From Octopus vulgaris (Eukaryota), in contig OX597827.1 of the NCBI GenBank assembly GCA_951406725.2, positions 8,370,001 through 8,434,000 on the forward strand: DNA of 64,000 nt, in the 5' to 3' direction. Position numbers and translations under genes: made by a program. A model generated the notes under the pieces. That model was not told where the DNA came from and searched no databases. It was given only the letters and a program-made list of their open reading frames with translations. Shown here in pieces: positions 27,670 through 42,392 of this stretch (position 1 is the stretch's first letter; each line of letters starts with the position of its first letter).

Positions 27670-28516
27670 AACCCCTTGGAAACACTAATTAATGTTTGAG
27701 CTTGTCATCTAGGCTGTAGAAAATCATGAATAATGGGATATTATTCGTTCTTAGTCTACTCCCTGGGTCTTCTACCAGTTGTAGGGGTAGAAACCTCAGG
27801 CAACAGTATCAGGGTGTATATAAGTCTTGAAAAAATTACAAAAATCGATTCCAGGTGAGAATGCGATCAATAAAGCCATGGGAACGTGCATTTGTATGTG
27901 CAAGTACATCAGCTGTCGCGATCGATACTACGTGTTCGCAAGAAAAATGCACGTGCAGTCTGCGCAAAAAAAGCCAGGCTGGCTTGAAATAATGCCACAA
28001 AATGGGACAATCGGACAAGTTGTTTTGAGAAAATTTGGTTTAAATGTTAGACAACACCATCCATTGGACAGGGGGCGTTTTGCTTGTATGTACATATATA
28101 TATATATTTGTGTGTGTGTGCATATATATCTATGTGTGTGTCTTTGTGTCAATGTTTGTCCCCCCTGTCATCACTTGACAACTGGTGTTAGTGTGTTTAC
28201 ATCCCCATAATTTAGTTCGGCAAAAGAGACGATAGAATAAATATTAGACTGAAAAAATAAGTCCTGGGGTCTCTATGTTTGACTAAAACCTTCCAAGGTT
28301 GTGATCCAGCATGGCCACAGTCAAATGAATGAAACAAGTAAAAGAATAAAAGAATAAGCAAAAAAAAAAAAAAAAGCAAATAGATCAATAAATAATGTCA
28401 GGACTAAAGTGATTAAGACTGACCAAAGGTTGAATGATAATAATGATGGAGAGAGCTCCTATGTAACCATTCAAGCTGCTTGAAACAGCAGCCAAATATT
28501 TCCCAGATCACATCCT

Positions 28517-28555
<39 letters not shown>

Positions 28556-28994
28556 GTTTAACGTCCGTTTTCCGCGCTAGCACGGGTTGGATGGTTCGAC
28601 CGGGGTCTTGGAAGCCAGGAGGCTACGCCAGGCTCCAGTCTGATCTGGCAGAGTTTCTACAGCTGGATGCCCTTCCTGACGCCAACCACTCCGCGAGTGT
28701 AGTGGGTGCTTTTTACGTGCCACCTGTCTTGAAAAAGGAAAAGGACTGTTGATTATGTAGTTATACACATAAATCTATAGAGACTGGTTGGTTTTTAGCT
28801 AGAATGCTTTTGGTCAAGGTCTGCTAAACACTAGTGTGGGTAGCCAAGTTGGACTCCCCGATAAAGTAGGTAAAAATATTACAGCACCACAAGGTATGTG
28901 AAAGCTAATTGAATAAAGAAGGTTGTTTTCATTGAGATGTGTATTAGAAAATTTACTGTTCCACACACACACACAATCAGACATACATATACAT

Positions 28995-29416
28995 ACTCTT
29001 TTACTCTTTTCCTCTTTTACTTGTTTCAGTCATTTGGCTGCAGCCATGCTGGAGCACCGCTTTTAGTCGAGCAAATCGACCCCGGGACTTATTCTTTGTA
29101 AGCCCAGTACTTATTCTATTGGTCTCTTTTGCTGAACCGCTAAGTGATGGGGATGTAAACACACCAGCATCGGTTGTCAAGCAATGCTAGGGGGACAAAC
29201 ACACACACACAAACACACACACATACACACATATATATATATATACATATATACGACAGGCTTCTTTCAGTTTCCGTCTACCAAATCTACTCACAAGGCA
29301 TTGGTCGGCCCAGAGCTGTAGCAGAAGACACTTGCCCAAGATGCCACGCAGTGGGACTGAACCCGGAACCATGTGGTTGGTTAGCAAGCTACTTACCACA
29401 CAGCCACTCCTGCGCC
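28995..29416 (-). mobile_element. Family A bipartite SINE, full length
   Basis: Closely matches the 9261-9696 and 41479-41888 copies. Confidence 0.9.
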
Positions 29417-31055
29417 TATACATATACAAACACATACATACACATACGCACAAACACAGACACACATTCAACTATTTCAATCGCTTATAGAATTGCGGTT
29501 CCTGTAATTCTCTTTTCTTGTTTTTCTTTTACATAGCGATGATCCCCTGGTACACAGTGTGTCAGACTCACCCTGTAATTGGCTCTGGTGATAAACAACT
29601 ATAATAACAGCAACAGCAACAACAATAACAAAGTAAATTCAGAAAAGAATAATTATAAGAACCATTGTAAATAATAAGAAAAGGAAAAAAAAATAGAGCA
29701 ACAGGGAAAAAAAAATGACAAAAACCCCCAAAAAAAACAAAGGAACTGATAATATGATATGGTTCTCTCTGAGGATCACTCCAGAATAAATCTTAAACTT
29801 GTCATATTTAATTATAGAACTGAAAACTCAAGTAAGAGAGAAAGAAATTCCAAACTTGTCAACTTTAATTATAGAACCAGAGAATCAAAACCAGAGGAGG
29901 CAGGTATAATACATGTAATCAGAACTTTTCTCTTCACACACAAGCTGTGTGTGATAAATATGAATCTATCTGAGAATGTATTGCACCATGTTCTGTTGGC
30001 TTGACCTATCCTTCCTAAATCTGGATTTTGTGCATGCATAAATACAAATCATACGCAAGTAGTATTCCCTGGAAGATCCAAATACAAAAATATTCAAATG
30101 CATTGAAAAAAAAAAAATGTTATATGTTTAAGCTAAAGTGCTCGCAGAAGATCCATAATGTCAACATGATCTCAGATGTGTAGCTATATATGGACAAAGA
30201 AATGGTAAAATTTATCCTTTACTATTATAAGGAATGACTATATTTGTATTTAAGTCGAATGGAGACTTACGTAAACATAAATATTAATAGAAATATGAAA
30301 ATAAAACAAGAGGATTTTTTTTCCCCGTATATTGAAAATAAATAAAACTGTTTTGAAATATAGCAATGTCTTGAAGTGGAAACGAAGATGTAAAATTAAC
30401 CCTTTTGTGGCCATAATTCTAACAAAAATATAGTTCCTTTGCATAGTAATTTTCAAAATAGCCAACGTTAACATTAAATTTAATACGAACGACAAATGTT
30501 TACATATTGAATATTATCTAGCATTATTTTTTTTTTTGTAAAAATAATGTGATTTCAATCCGAGAAGAATTTAAATTTAAATTTGAATATAGTTTGGGGC
30601 AAGTTGATCTGAACTGATATGAAAACAAGCACTTCGGATACTGGAATGCTGTGGCTGTTAAAACGATGCATACAACAAAACAATTCTATGTTGGGAGAGA
30701 GTGTACATATTTCGGAAAAATTAATTTATATGCAAAATAAAGGCGGCAAAGAAGCATTAAAAAATCAAATATAACAATTTTAATATGAACTTTTTCTATC
30801 TTTTTGCTTTTTTTCATTGTTCTTTATTTTCTGTTACTAATTTCAGTTATTGAATATAGCCTTGCTTCAGCATAGTTCTGTACCGTTCACAAAGGGTTTT
30901 AGTCTTCTATATCCTGCACTTGTATCAGCATTCTTCAACAAAATAAGATAGGAAATTGACATTTATGTGAGTGTGAAGGGAGATAACTTAAACGAGCATT
31001 AATACTGCAGTGTATTTCTGTTTGAATGTGCCAGTTGTTATTCCAAACTGATACA

Positions 31056-32190
<1,135 letters not shown>

Positions 32191-32779
32191 AATCAATTTA
32201 TATACAGAGAGAGAGAAGGGAGAAGAGAGAAAGAAAGAGGGAGAGAACAAGGGAGATTCAGTGCCTATCATCTAGATTTTTAATCACGTGCTATTGATGC
32301 ATTTGAGTCAATGAAAGAAGACATCCTAAATTTACCATGTGAGTGGGATTGAACGGCAACCTCATGGTTGGGGAACAAAGTCCTTTACTACCTGGCATCC
32401 AGTGGCAGACATCATTAATAGAGTCATAAACAATCAATGTGTGTAGGCATATGTATGTGTGTTTGTATGTATGTATGTATGTATGCATGTATGCATGTAT
32501 GTATGCATGTGTGTATGTATGTATGTATGCATTATGTATGTGTGTATGTATGTATGTATTATGTATGTATGAATATATGTATGTATGCATTATGTATGTA
32601 TGTATGTATGTATGTATGTATGTATGTATGTATGCATTATGTATGTATGTATGTATGTATGTATGTATGTATGTATGTGTGTATGTATGTATGTATGTAT
32701 GTATGTATGTATGTATGCATGTATGTAAGTATGTATGTATGTATGTATGCATATGTATGTATGTATGTATGTACATATG

Positions 32780-32923
32780 TACAAGAGGTGCTCGAAAGTC
32801 CCTAGCTTTAAGGGAAATGCGAAAGGCCAAGCTGGAGGTCCAACCTTCCAAGTTCTTTTACAGGGCTTAGAAAAACTAAAGGACCACTGCAATGAGTGTG
32901 TGAATCTGAGAGGGGAATGTTGA
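32780..32923 (+). mobile_element. Mariner MITE, left part
   Basis: TA followed by a TIR-like CAAGAGGTGCTCGAAAGTCCC. It encodes [19 protein letters not shown], similar to mariner transposase C-termini. Confidence 0.75.
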
Positions 32924-33176
32924 CTTTCGGAAACATTTTTTCATGCTAAGAGTTGCTGAAGCATGGAACAAACTGCCGACATCAGTTGCATCCTTCAAAA
33001 CTTCCATGCTTCCTGAGATTCACCAACACTACACCTGATTTTCTCCCCTCTATGCACACGCAAGCATGTATCTGATTCATACACTGTTCACTTCCCAGAC
33101 ATTTGTACATTACTACATATGCTTTATACACACTTTTGACAAGTTGTGGTGCACCTGAGCACTGTATACAATAATT

Positions 33177-33231
<55 letters not shown>
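32921..33231 (+). mobile_element. CR1-like LINE 3' end with (ATT)n tail
   Basis: [19 protein letters not shown]...ASFKTSMLPEIHQHYT*, then 3' UTR and tail. It is homologous to 34615-35092. Confidence 0.85.
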
Positions 33232-33700
33232 CCAGTAGTTTTATTTTTATAGCGTGCTTTCACTTCACTACCGAGCGCAGCTCTGTGTGCCTTGGGTATG
33301 TGCTGTGATTTGTTGTGATGCTCTGATGGTTATTGTATGGAAAGTGTTCTGCGTAGGATGTGTGCAGTGCCTAGTAGTGCAATTTTCTGTATGTTATATG
33401 TGTTTGTAAGTCCTGGTGTTTTTGTTATGTATTTGTCTGAATATTTTTTTATCATGCCTAATGCACCTACTATGATAGGAATTGTTTCTGTTTCCAGGTT
33501 CCACATTCTAGTTACCTCTATTTCCAGGTCTTTGAATTTTGAGAGTTTCTCCATTTCTTTTAGAGACATGTTGTCATCTGCCGGTATTGATACATCAATT
33601 AGAAAGCATTTTTTTCTTCATGATCTCTGACAACTATATCTGGTCTGTTGGCCTTAATTTCTCTATCTGTGTGTATCGGCATATCCCAGAGTATGGTTGC
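33232..33700 (-). mobile_element. R4/Dong-like non-LTR retrotransposon 3' end (restriction-like endonuclease), inserted in (TAA)n
   Basis: ATILWDMPIHTDREIKANRPDIVVRDHEEK/CFLIDVSIPADDNMSLKEMEKLSKFKDLEIEVTRMW...QKIALLGTAHILRRTL, with one frameshift in an A run at ~33610. TAA repeats flank both sides. Confidence 0.9.
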
Positions 33701-33805
<105 letters not shown>

Positions 33806-34409
33806 ATGCAGAAGAAGATGAGATGGTCAAAAAGTTGCTAGTTGTTTCAGTAGTTTGGGAAATAGAATAGGAAGCAGATGATCTGGAAAAGTTTTGGGGA
33901 AGACTTTGGGCCAGAATAATTGAAAGTCAGTGTTATTGGTGAGCAGATGAGTGAAGAATGAAAAAATGAGGATGGAGCATATTTATAGACAGAAATTACC
34001 TTTCAGAATGAACTTTCAATAAAAAAATGTCTGGACTGCAAAATGGACTTTGAGGTAGGGGTTGAAAGATGTGTGTAGGGGTTTTCTTTGTAAGAAGTGA
34101 TATGAATAAATATTACATATTTAATTCCTTGAATGGGTGAATGAATGAATGAAAGAATGTATGAAAGAATAAAAAGGATGAATGATATTGCTGGAATGTT
34201 GAGGTTGCTTGAAATCTGATCTGATACAAAATGATTAGACAATAAGACTGTAAAGATAAACAGAATAATATTTGAACTATAAATGATGATTGGTTAAGGT
34301 GTAGGATTTCACAGATAACGAGTGTTTATAGAGGCATCTTAATAAGATATCTTTAAATATACATACATACACACACACACACATACATGCATACCTGCAT
34401 GCATACCTG

Positions 34410-34441
<32 letters not shown>

Positions 34442-34487
34442 CATGCATACATGCATACATACATACATACATACATACATACATACA

Positions 34488-34520
<33 letters not shown>

Positions 34521-34549
34521 GCATACATGCATAAATATACACTCATACA

Positions 34550-34615
34550 TATGAGGGAGTGCTGAAAAGTTCCTAGTGTTGGATAAAAGAAAATACAGGA
34601 GTATCATTTAATCAT
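34550..34615 (-). mobile_element. Mariner MITE, right part, in opposite orientation to 32780-32923
   Basis: TATGAGGGAGTGCTGAAAAGTTCCT...AAAAGAAAATACAGGAGTATCA. The inner part matches 5481-5520. Confidence 0.7.
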
Positions 34616-34621
34616 AATAAT

Positions 34622-34683
<62 letters not shown>

Positions 34684-35092
34684 AATTATTGTATACAGTG
34701 CTCAGGTGCACCACAACTTGTCAAAAGTGTGTATAAAGCATATGCAGTAATGTACAAATGTCTGGAAAGTGGAGAGTGTATGAGTCAGATACATGCTTGC
34801 GTGTGTATGGAGGGGAGAAAATCAGGTGTAGTTTTGGCGAATCTCAGAAAGCATGGAAGTTTTGAAGGATGCAGTGCTCCGACAACTAATAACTGATCCC
34901 GGCAGTTTGTTCCATACTTCAGTGACTCTTAGCGTGAAAAGATGTTTCTGAAAGTCATGGGAGCTATGCTGTTTTCTGACTTTGTAAATATGTCCAAGGG
35001 AGTTAGACAGGTGGAGTTTGAAAAAGTGCTCAGAGTTATTGTTTGTAAGATGGTGAATAATTTTATGGGTGTCTGCCAAGTCAGCTGTCAGA
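34615..35092 (-). mobile_element. CR1-like LINE 3' end with (ATT)n tail
   Basis: ORF 34822-35079 reads ...GHIYKVRKQHSSHDFQKHLFTLRVTEVWNKLP..., a typical CR1-group C-terminus. Confidence 0.85.
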
Positions 35093-35147
35093 CGTTATTA
35101 TTTCATTATATCACTCACCTAATTTAATCTGAATAAATTACAAATTT

Positions 35148-36100
35148 GCCTTTGATATCAATGAAGCTTTTGACCAGCCCAATATAGGATCCATCCCTCT
35201 CTCATCTCTTGGATTATCAGCTTCCTTCCAGGCAATACATTTTCAGTCTATACTGCTGATGCTATTTCTGGCCCACATATTATCCCCTCTGGTGAGCCCC
35301 AGGGTTCAAGTCTGATTCCCATGCTCTTCTTCCTATGTATCAATGACCTACATGCAGTCACTTCCTGCAGAACCCACTTTTCAACGGATGATACCACCCT
35401 TCATTCTGCCTTAAATTTTCCTGTTCAAGTTTTATCAGTTTGTAACCTTGAAACCTCATGATGCATCTGCACTGTCTTTATGAAGAGAAACAAATACCCA
35501 TGGGGGTTATGCTATTCTTCTCCCCTGTGGGTTAAAAAAAGAAAAAGAAAAAGGCTCAACTCGTATCAAGAAACCATTATTACAGTTACCACAATGGGGG
35601 CCTGCAACTAGTGACCTCCAAATGCTATGTCTCATTGTCTCTGAGGATTTATCAATTTATTATATGCCCATATCATACAAATACCTAAATCTGCTTCCCA
35701 AAAGCTGATCCTTTAATTCAGTACCCTTCTTTTACTAATCCTTTGCAAAGTTCGAATGAGACTCACAGTAGAGCACAGCTTTTGGATATGGAATATGGTC
35801 TAAAGTCACTCTCAGTCATACTCCAGTCCCTTCTCCACAAATAAACTGTGTCCTCCTTTTGCCTCGACTAACACTACTACAATGGCCTATGCTCTGAAGA
35901 GATAACTGGTTATATGTCACCTCCAATCAAGTACTCTTGACTCACTTATCTTTCCACCTCTCTTCACCAATGATGTGTCTACCATCACAGGCCCTGCACT
36001 AACCTCTACTTTTAATTTTCCCTCTCCAGAATATCAACCGTTCAGAATCCCCTCTGTCTGCGTGACTTTTCTGTAACCAAAATGTTAACAACATCAACTT
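35148..36100 (+). mobile_element. Old LINE (CR1/L2/Jockey group) RT remnant
   Basis: AFDINEAFD, SGEPQGSSLIPMLFFLCINDL and FSTDDTTL are decayed RT motifs. The 3' extent is approximate. Confidence 0.7.
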
Positions 36101-36167
36101 CATCAGTTTCATAGGGGCTGTAAAAGCCATGTCCTCTGCCCTTCATCCAGACATAGCTTTCCTCCTC

Positions 36168-36236
36168 CTCATCATCATCATCATCATCATCACCATCATC
36201 ATCATCACCATCATCATCATCAACATCATAATCACC

Positions 36237-36286
<50 letters not shown>

Positions 36287-36318
36287 CATCGTCGTCATCA
36301 TCATCATCATCATCATCC

Positions 36319-36351
<33 letters not shown>

Positions 36352-36407
36352 ATTCATCATCATCATCGTCATCATCACCATCACCATCATCATCCTCATC
36401 ATCATCC

Positions 36408-36482
<75 letters not shown>

Positions 36483-36485
36483 CCA
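36168..36485. repeat. (CAT)n expansion, tail of a truncated family E copy
   Basis: The array runs directly into TTTAATGTCCATTTTCCATGCTGGC. Confidence 0.9.
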
Positions 36486-36830
36486 CCATCATTTAATGTC
36501 CATTTTCCATGCTGGCTTGAGTGGGGAAGTTCAACAGGAGCTGGTAAGCCAGAGGACTGCACCAAATTCCAGAGTCAGCAGACAGGGTGGGGGGATAGTA
36601 GTATTGAGGTAGGAGTAGCTTTATGAGAGACTTGTGGTTCTCAATCAGGGGTCATACGGCCCCTGAGAGTCCATATAAGATTTTTTGGGGTCCATGCAAC
36701 TAAATAGTAAATTAGGGATCCACAATAGTATTTTAAGGGTCCCCCCAAAAAATTTTGTTTTAGATGTGTGTATTGGTGTGTTTTGCAAGAAACAGCTAGA
36801 TTTCTTTCTCTAAAAGTTAACATACTCTCA

Positions 36831-37236
36831 GGCGCAGGAGTGGCTGTGTGGTAAGTAGCTTGCTAACCAACCACATGGTTCCGGGTTCAGTCCCACTGCG
36901 TGGCACCTTGGGCAAGTGTCTTCTACTATAGCCTTGGGCCGACCAAAGCCTTGTGAGTGGATTTGGTAGATGGAAACTGAAAGAAGCCTGTCATATATAG
37001 GTATATATATATATGTGTGTGCGTGTCTGTGTTTGTCCACCCCAACATCGCTTGACAACCGATGCTGGTGTGTTTACGTCCCCGTAACTTAGCAGTTCGG
37101 CAAAAGAGACCGATAGAATAAGTACTAGGCTTACAAGGAATAAGTCCTGGGGTCGATTTGCTCGACTAAAGGTGGTGCTCCAGCATGGCCACAGTCACAT
37201 GACTGAAACAAGTAAGAGAAGAAAAAAATAAGAGAA
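36831..37236 (+). mobile_element. Family A bipartite SINE, full length
   Basis: A box TGGCTGTGTGG, B box GGTTCAGTCC, CCTTGGGCAAGT body, internal microsatellite and purine-rich tail. Confidence 0.9.
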
Positions 37237-37348
37237 AATACTTCAATCTATACAAGCTAAAGTAGGAATTTTGGAAGATTTTATAGAACTAGTTTTTAAA
37301 GGGGCAATGGGGGTGGGTCCTCCAGAATAATATAGTAATCAAAGGGTC

Positions 37349-37740
37349 CATCATCATCATCATCATCATCATTTAACATCCGCTTTCCATGCTAGCATGG
37401 GTTGGACGATTTGACAGAGGGCTGGCGAACCAGATGGCTGCACCAGGCTCCAATCTTGATCTGGCAGAGTTTCTACAGCTGGATGCCCTTCCTAACGCCA
37501 ACCACTCCGAGAGTGTAGTGGGTGCTTTTTACGTGCCACCAGCATGGGGCCAGTCAGGTGGCACTGGCAATGACCTCGCTCAAATCTTTTACACATGTCA
37601 CCGGCACAGGTGCCAGTAAGGCGACGTTGGTAACAATCACGCTCGAATGGTGTCTTTTACATGCCACCGGCACAGAGGTCAGATAGCCGCTCTGGCAATG
37701 ATCACGCTCGGATGGTGCTCTTAATACCATACTAGCACGA
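37349..37740 (-). mobile_element. Family E retroposon, second subfamily
   Basis: Reverse complement of most of 23070-23593. Confidence 0.85.
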
Positions 37741-39120
37741 ATACCCTATAGTTTAAAAATGGTTGAGAATCCCTGGGCTAAAGACTGATAGAGGGACAGA
37801 AGCAGGTGTCTTGCTTTAGGGAGATACATCGTTACTCCAGTTGAAAAAGAAATAGGAAGGTAAAGGTATATCAGGGCACACCCTCAAATTACAGCAAGGC
37901 AAGTATAAGAGAAGTGGTATGGGTGGGTAGAAATAGCAGCCAAATCACCTCCATGTCGCATCCTACCATATTAGGAAGCACACATTTGATAATGAAATTA
38001 TAGCTAATCCTAAAAATAGACATGGTCATGGCTGGAATGTCTTTTTGATCATTGGTATGTTTGTTCATTGTTTACCTGTGGTTCAGCAACGATAGTAAAT
38101 AACAACAACCTGGCTAAAATGCAATAAACAATAAATGAACATTGTTAGCTTGAATGTGCAAATGGGTTTGATGAGTTAACAAATTTACATACGTGTTCAC
38201 ATGTTTTCTGTGAAAATCTTTTATAGATAAAAAACAAAAAGGAAAGGAAAATTTAGAAATATAAGAGGAATCAGTAGCAGTGTGCAAGAGGAAAGATGGT
38301 GCAGGTAGAGGCATAAAATGCATATAGAAGATGGATGTAGGGTAAAGAAGTGCCGTAGAAATTAAGAGAATGGGAGCACTAGAAGAGAATAACAAAAGAT
38401 GATATGAAATGAAAAGATGAGGGTTGATTTAAGGATGTTCAACTTCTAGAAAAAGAAACCATGGAAGAGAGCATAGCATGTGGCAAGTCTCGAAGTCTCA
38501 CTGCAAAAGAAAAACCTGTCCAACTAATACAACCACGGAAATATATATTTAAAATGATGATGTATTCGCTCCGATAAAAAAAAGTTTGCGAAATTATATT
38601 GAATAAAGTCCGTGCGTTATGGAATTATACAAACGGTTAACTGAGACAAGCAGAGTAATGTCCCTTTACCAAAGCGAACTAACAATGGACAGAATTATGT
38701 GATCAGTCGTTGAGGAAACTGTTGGAATAAAATTTAGCAGATAAACGCAATACGTGAATAAAGGAGGGGAGATACTATGTGGTTGATCGTTTTGCTAGAA
38801 ATGGCAGCTAAAGAAGGATAAAAAAATACAAGATTGGGACATGGGGCATGGAATATAGAAAATAGATAAAAAAAAAACAGGTTGGTCATGACAGGAACTC
38901 CTTTGATGAGAGGTCTACTGGTCGAGAAATGTACATTCACTCATACAAAATGTGTGTGTGTGTGCTCCATTATTAGAGTATTGTCCTAGGTTTATAGTAA
39001 GTGTGTGAAATATCACATCAGAGCTAATAGTGAAAGATAATCCATCACTATTAATTTTGTTATGTGTGTGTGTGTGTGCGCTTATGTTATACACACATTT
39101 ATACGTAGCCCTATATTCAC

Positions 39121-39404
39121 ATGTATGTATGTATGTATGTATGTATGTATGTGTGTATGTACGTATGCATATATGTATGTATGTATGCATGCATATATGT
39201 ATGTGTGTATGTATGCATGCATGTATGTATGTGTGTATGTATGCATGCATGTATGTATGTATGTATGTATACATATATGTATGTGTGTATGTATGTGTGT
39301 ATGTATGCATATATGTATGCATGTATGTATGTATGTTTGTATGCATGTGTGTATGTATGTATGTATGTATGCATATATGTATGTACGTATGTACGTATGT
39401 ATGC

Positions 39405-39437
<33 letters not shown>

Positions 39438-39488
39438 TGTACGTACGTATGTATGTATGTATGTATGTATGTATGTACGTATGTATGC

Positions 39489-39521
<33 letters not shown>

Positions 39522-39535
39522 TGTATGTATGCATA

Positions 39536-39571
<36 letters not shown>

Positions 39572-39665
39572 CATATGTATGCATATATGTATGTATGTAT
39601 TTATGTGTGTGCATGTATGTACGTACGTATGTATGTGTGTGCGTGTGTATGTGCATGTATGCATG
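39121..39665. repeat. Long imperfect (TATG)n array
   Basis: Directly visible. It is the source of the 339-aa pseudo-ORF. Confidence 0.95.
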
Positions 39666-40771
39666 CTTGCACATGAGTCATTGCATCTGTGTTTGCCACC
39701 TCCCAGCAACACTTGATCTGTTGGTTTGTTTACATCCTGACAACTTCGCTGTTCAGCAAAAGCAGTTGATAAAATAAGTAGCAGATTTAATAGTACTCTT
39801 AAGGTTGTGGGATCTGTTTGACTAAAATAAAACCCTTCAATGTGGTGGCCCAGTGTGGTCACAATCCAGTGGTTGAAACAACTAAACAATAACAGATAAA
39901 GGATCCTTTTATAATCTTCTAAATAAGGGACCAAACAGTTTCCTCCCTTATAGATCTGTAACTAGTTGAACAAGAGACATATAACAAATCCTTTCTACCT
40001 GTAATTTGTCTTATGTTGTTGATAAACTCACCACAAAACATGAGTACATGAGGGCAGTTACTACGTAGTTGGTTGTTTTTACTAGAAACGGAAGTAAAGG
40101 AAGGATAAAATATAGGATAATATGTTTGAACATGGAGAATAGATTATTGATAATAGATAAAAACAGGTTGGTCATGGTTGGAACTCCTTTGATCAGAGGT
40201 TTGCTGGAACAGGTGAACAAGAAATTTTCTAAATATTTGCTTGAAATAATAGCTAAAAATCGTTAAACAAAAACCTACTGTTTTTATAAAAAGGACAGAT
40301 TAGATAATGTAGTTCTTAATATACAAAATGATAATCCTTTCTATTATAAGCATAAAGTCTGAAATTTTGTGGGAGGTGACTAGTAAATTATATCGACCCC
40401 AGTACTTGACTGGTACTTATTTTATTGAAAATATAGGTGTGCGCAATTAGGGTTCTCCTGAAGGTCAAGTACTTCCTCTTTTCTTTATTAACTCATATCA
40501 TTTTTCTGTCACTCACATCATCTACCAATCTCTCTTACTCTCTTTTACTTGTTTCAGTCATTTGACTGTGGCCATGCTGGAGCACCACCTTTAGTCGAAC
40601 AAAAGTCGACCCCAGGACTTATTCTTTGTAAGCCTAGTACTTATTCTATCAGTTTCTTTTGCTGAACCACTAAGTTACAGGGATGTAAACAAACCAGCAT
40701 CGGTTGTCAAGCGATGTTGGGGGGATAAACACAGACAAAAATATACACACACATACAAATATATATATATA

Positions 40772-40971
40772 CTTTATTTAAAGCAGCAGAAAATTCAACA
40801 AAACCTGTTACTCTGAGTTTCCCGTTGCCGTTCATCGGACAGTTTTTGCAATGGAAAACAGAGCAACAGGTTTTGTTGAATTTTCTGCTGCTTTAAATAA
40901 AGCATATTACTCTACCACTGGTATTTGAGTACTCTTTTTTCCACCTTGTTTCACATTTATGTGTTTACTCC

Positions 40972-40973
<2 letters not shown>
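40772..40973. mobile_element. Penelope-like pLTR remnant with inverted terminal segment
   Basis: Perfect 38-bp inverted repeat (40772-40809 / 40865-40902) enclosing a hammerhead motif, flanked by (TA)n. Confidence 0.65.
40805..40842 (-). ncRNA. Candidate minimal type I hammerhead ribozyme, U4C core variant
   Basis: Minus strand reads CTGT-CCGATGA-ACG-GCAA-CGG-GAAA-CTC-A-GAG-TA-ACAG. Stem I is 4 bp, stem II has a GNRA loop and a mismatched first pair, stem III is quasi-palindromic and the triplet is GUA. Confidence 0.7.
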
Positions 40974-41021
<48 letters not shown>

Positions 41022-41478
41022 TACAATGGTTTCTTTCGGTTTCCGTCTACCAAATCCACTCACAAGGCTTTAGTCGGCCCGAAGATATAGTAGAGACACT
41101 TGCCTAAGGTGCCACGCAGTGGGACTGAACCTGGAACTATGTGGTTCGCAAGCAAGCTACTTACCACACAGCCACTCCTATGCCTACGCCTCTTAACTTT
41201 CCTTCCTTAAAAGTGATTCTGCATATTTATTCAATTCCTTTCCTTATTAATTTTACCTATTCACTTCTTTTAACTTCTGCCTACCAATAATTGACCACTC
41301 TGAAAAAGTAATTCTGCCCAAAACATCAAGCTTATTCATTCATAGCAGCAATCAAACTAGTTGACATGGACAATTTTTTCTTTTTAAACTTATTCACTGT
41401 TCACTTCCTGTGCATATTCTATGTACCGTTCATACAGTTTCGGTTACTTTCTCTGATGAGTTGTAGCACACCTGAGCA

Positions 41479-41888
41479 CTCTTTACTCTTTTACTCTTTT
41501 ACTTGTTTCAGTCATTTGACTGCGGCCATGCTGGAGCACCGCCTTTAGTCGAGCAAATTGACCCAGGAACTTATTCTTTGTAAGCCCAGTACTTATTCCA
41601 TCGGTCTCTTTTGCCGAACCACTAAGTGACGGGGACGTAAACACACCAGCATCGGTTGTCAAGCAATGCTAGGGGGACAAACACAGACACACAAACACAC
41701 GCACACACATATATATATACATATATACGACGGGCTTCTTTCAGTTTCCGTCTACCAAATCCACTCACAAGGCATTGGTCGGCCCAGGGCTATATCAGAA
41801 GACACTTGCCCAAGATGCCACGCAGTGGGTTTGAACCCGGAACCATGTGGCTGGTTAGCAAGCTACTTACCACACAGCCACTCCTGCA
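41479..41888 (-). mobile_element. Family A SINE inserted in a CR1-like 3' end
   Basis: The flanks rejoin as CACCTGAGCAC|TGTATATAATAAG...(ATT)n, matching 33152-33200. Confidence 0.85.
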
Positions 41889-42149
41889 CTGTATATAATA
41901 AGTTCATTATTATTATTATTTTCATTAAATTCACATAAATTTTAGTCCATGAAATATGTTGGACAACCAACCATTACACTTGCAAGTGAGTACAGCTTGG
42001 TAGTATGTACCATGCTTCCACTGACAGTTTTAGGTACTTATGAAGTCATAAGTGGACATAGGCACCCTGCAGGCCCCTTCACCTTTAATCCAGTACAATA
42101 AGCAAAGTGTAGCAGGTGGAGGGAGAGAAGACTACACAAGCCCTTAGTT

Positions 42150-42378
42150 CAGTGCTTCTCAACTGGGCCCCATGTGATCCTTGCAGGTCCACATAAGATT
42201 TTGTTGTTAAAATTTATGTGCAGTGAATTAGCTACACTATTACAATACACAAAATATTTTAACAAACTTTTTTTATACAATTCATAATGATTTTTTAAAA
42301 CATTGAATGGCTAGGAGGGTGCGGCAAAATAAAATAGGAATCAATGAGGTCTATAGGCAAAATGGTTGAGAAACCTTG
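42150..42378. mobile_element. hAT (Charlie-like) MITE
   Basis: CAGTGCTTCTCAAC...GTTGAGAAACCTTG termini. Confidence 0.65.
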
Positions 42379-42392
42379 GTTTAGCTGGGATT

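Larger units (their letters stand above)
36632..37775. mobile_element. hAT (Charlie-like) MITE split by two SINE insertions
   Basis: Termini GTGGTTCTCAA...TTGAGAATCCCTG. It is related to 42150-42378. Confidence 0.6.
40530..41185 (-). mobile_element. Family A SINE interrupted in its internal microsatellite
   Basis: 3' half at 40530-40740, 5' half at 41025-41185, with a foreign ~200-bp insert between them. Confidence 0.85.

Noticed and set aside
30250-30495. Hydrophobic ORF with GTAAGT donor at ~30270
   Set aside because: It is very AT-rich, overlaps a TTAACCCTTT MITE-like end and has no convincing acceptor or start.
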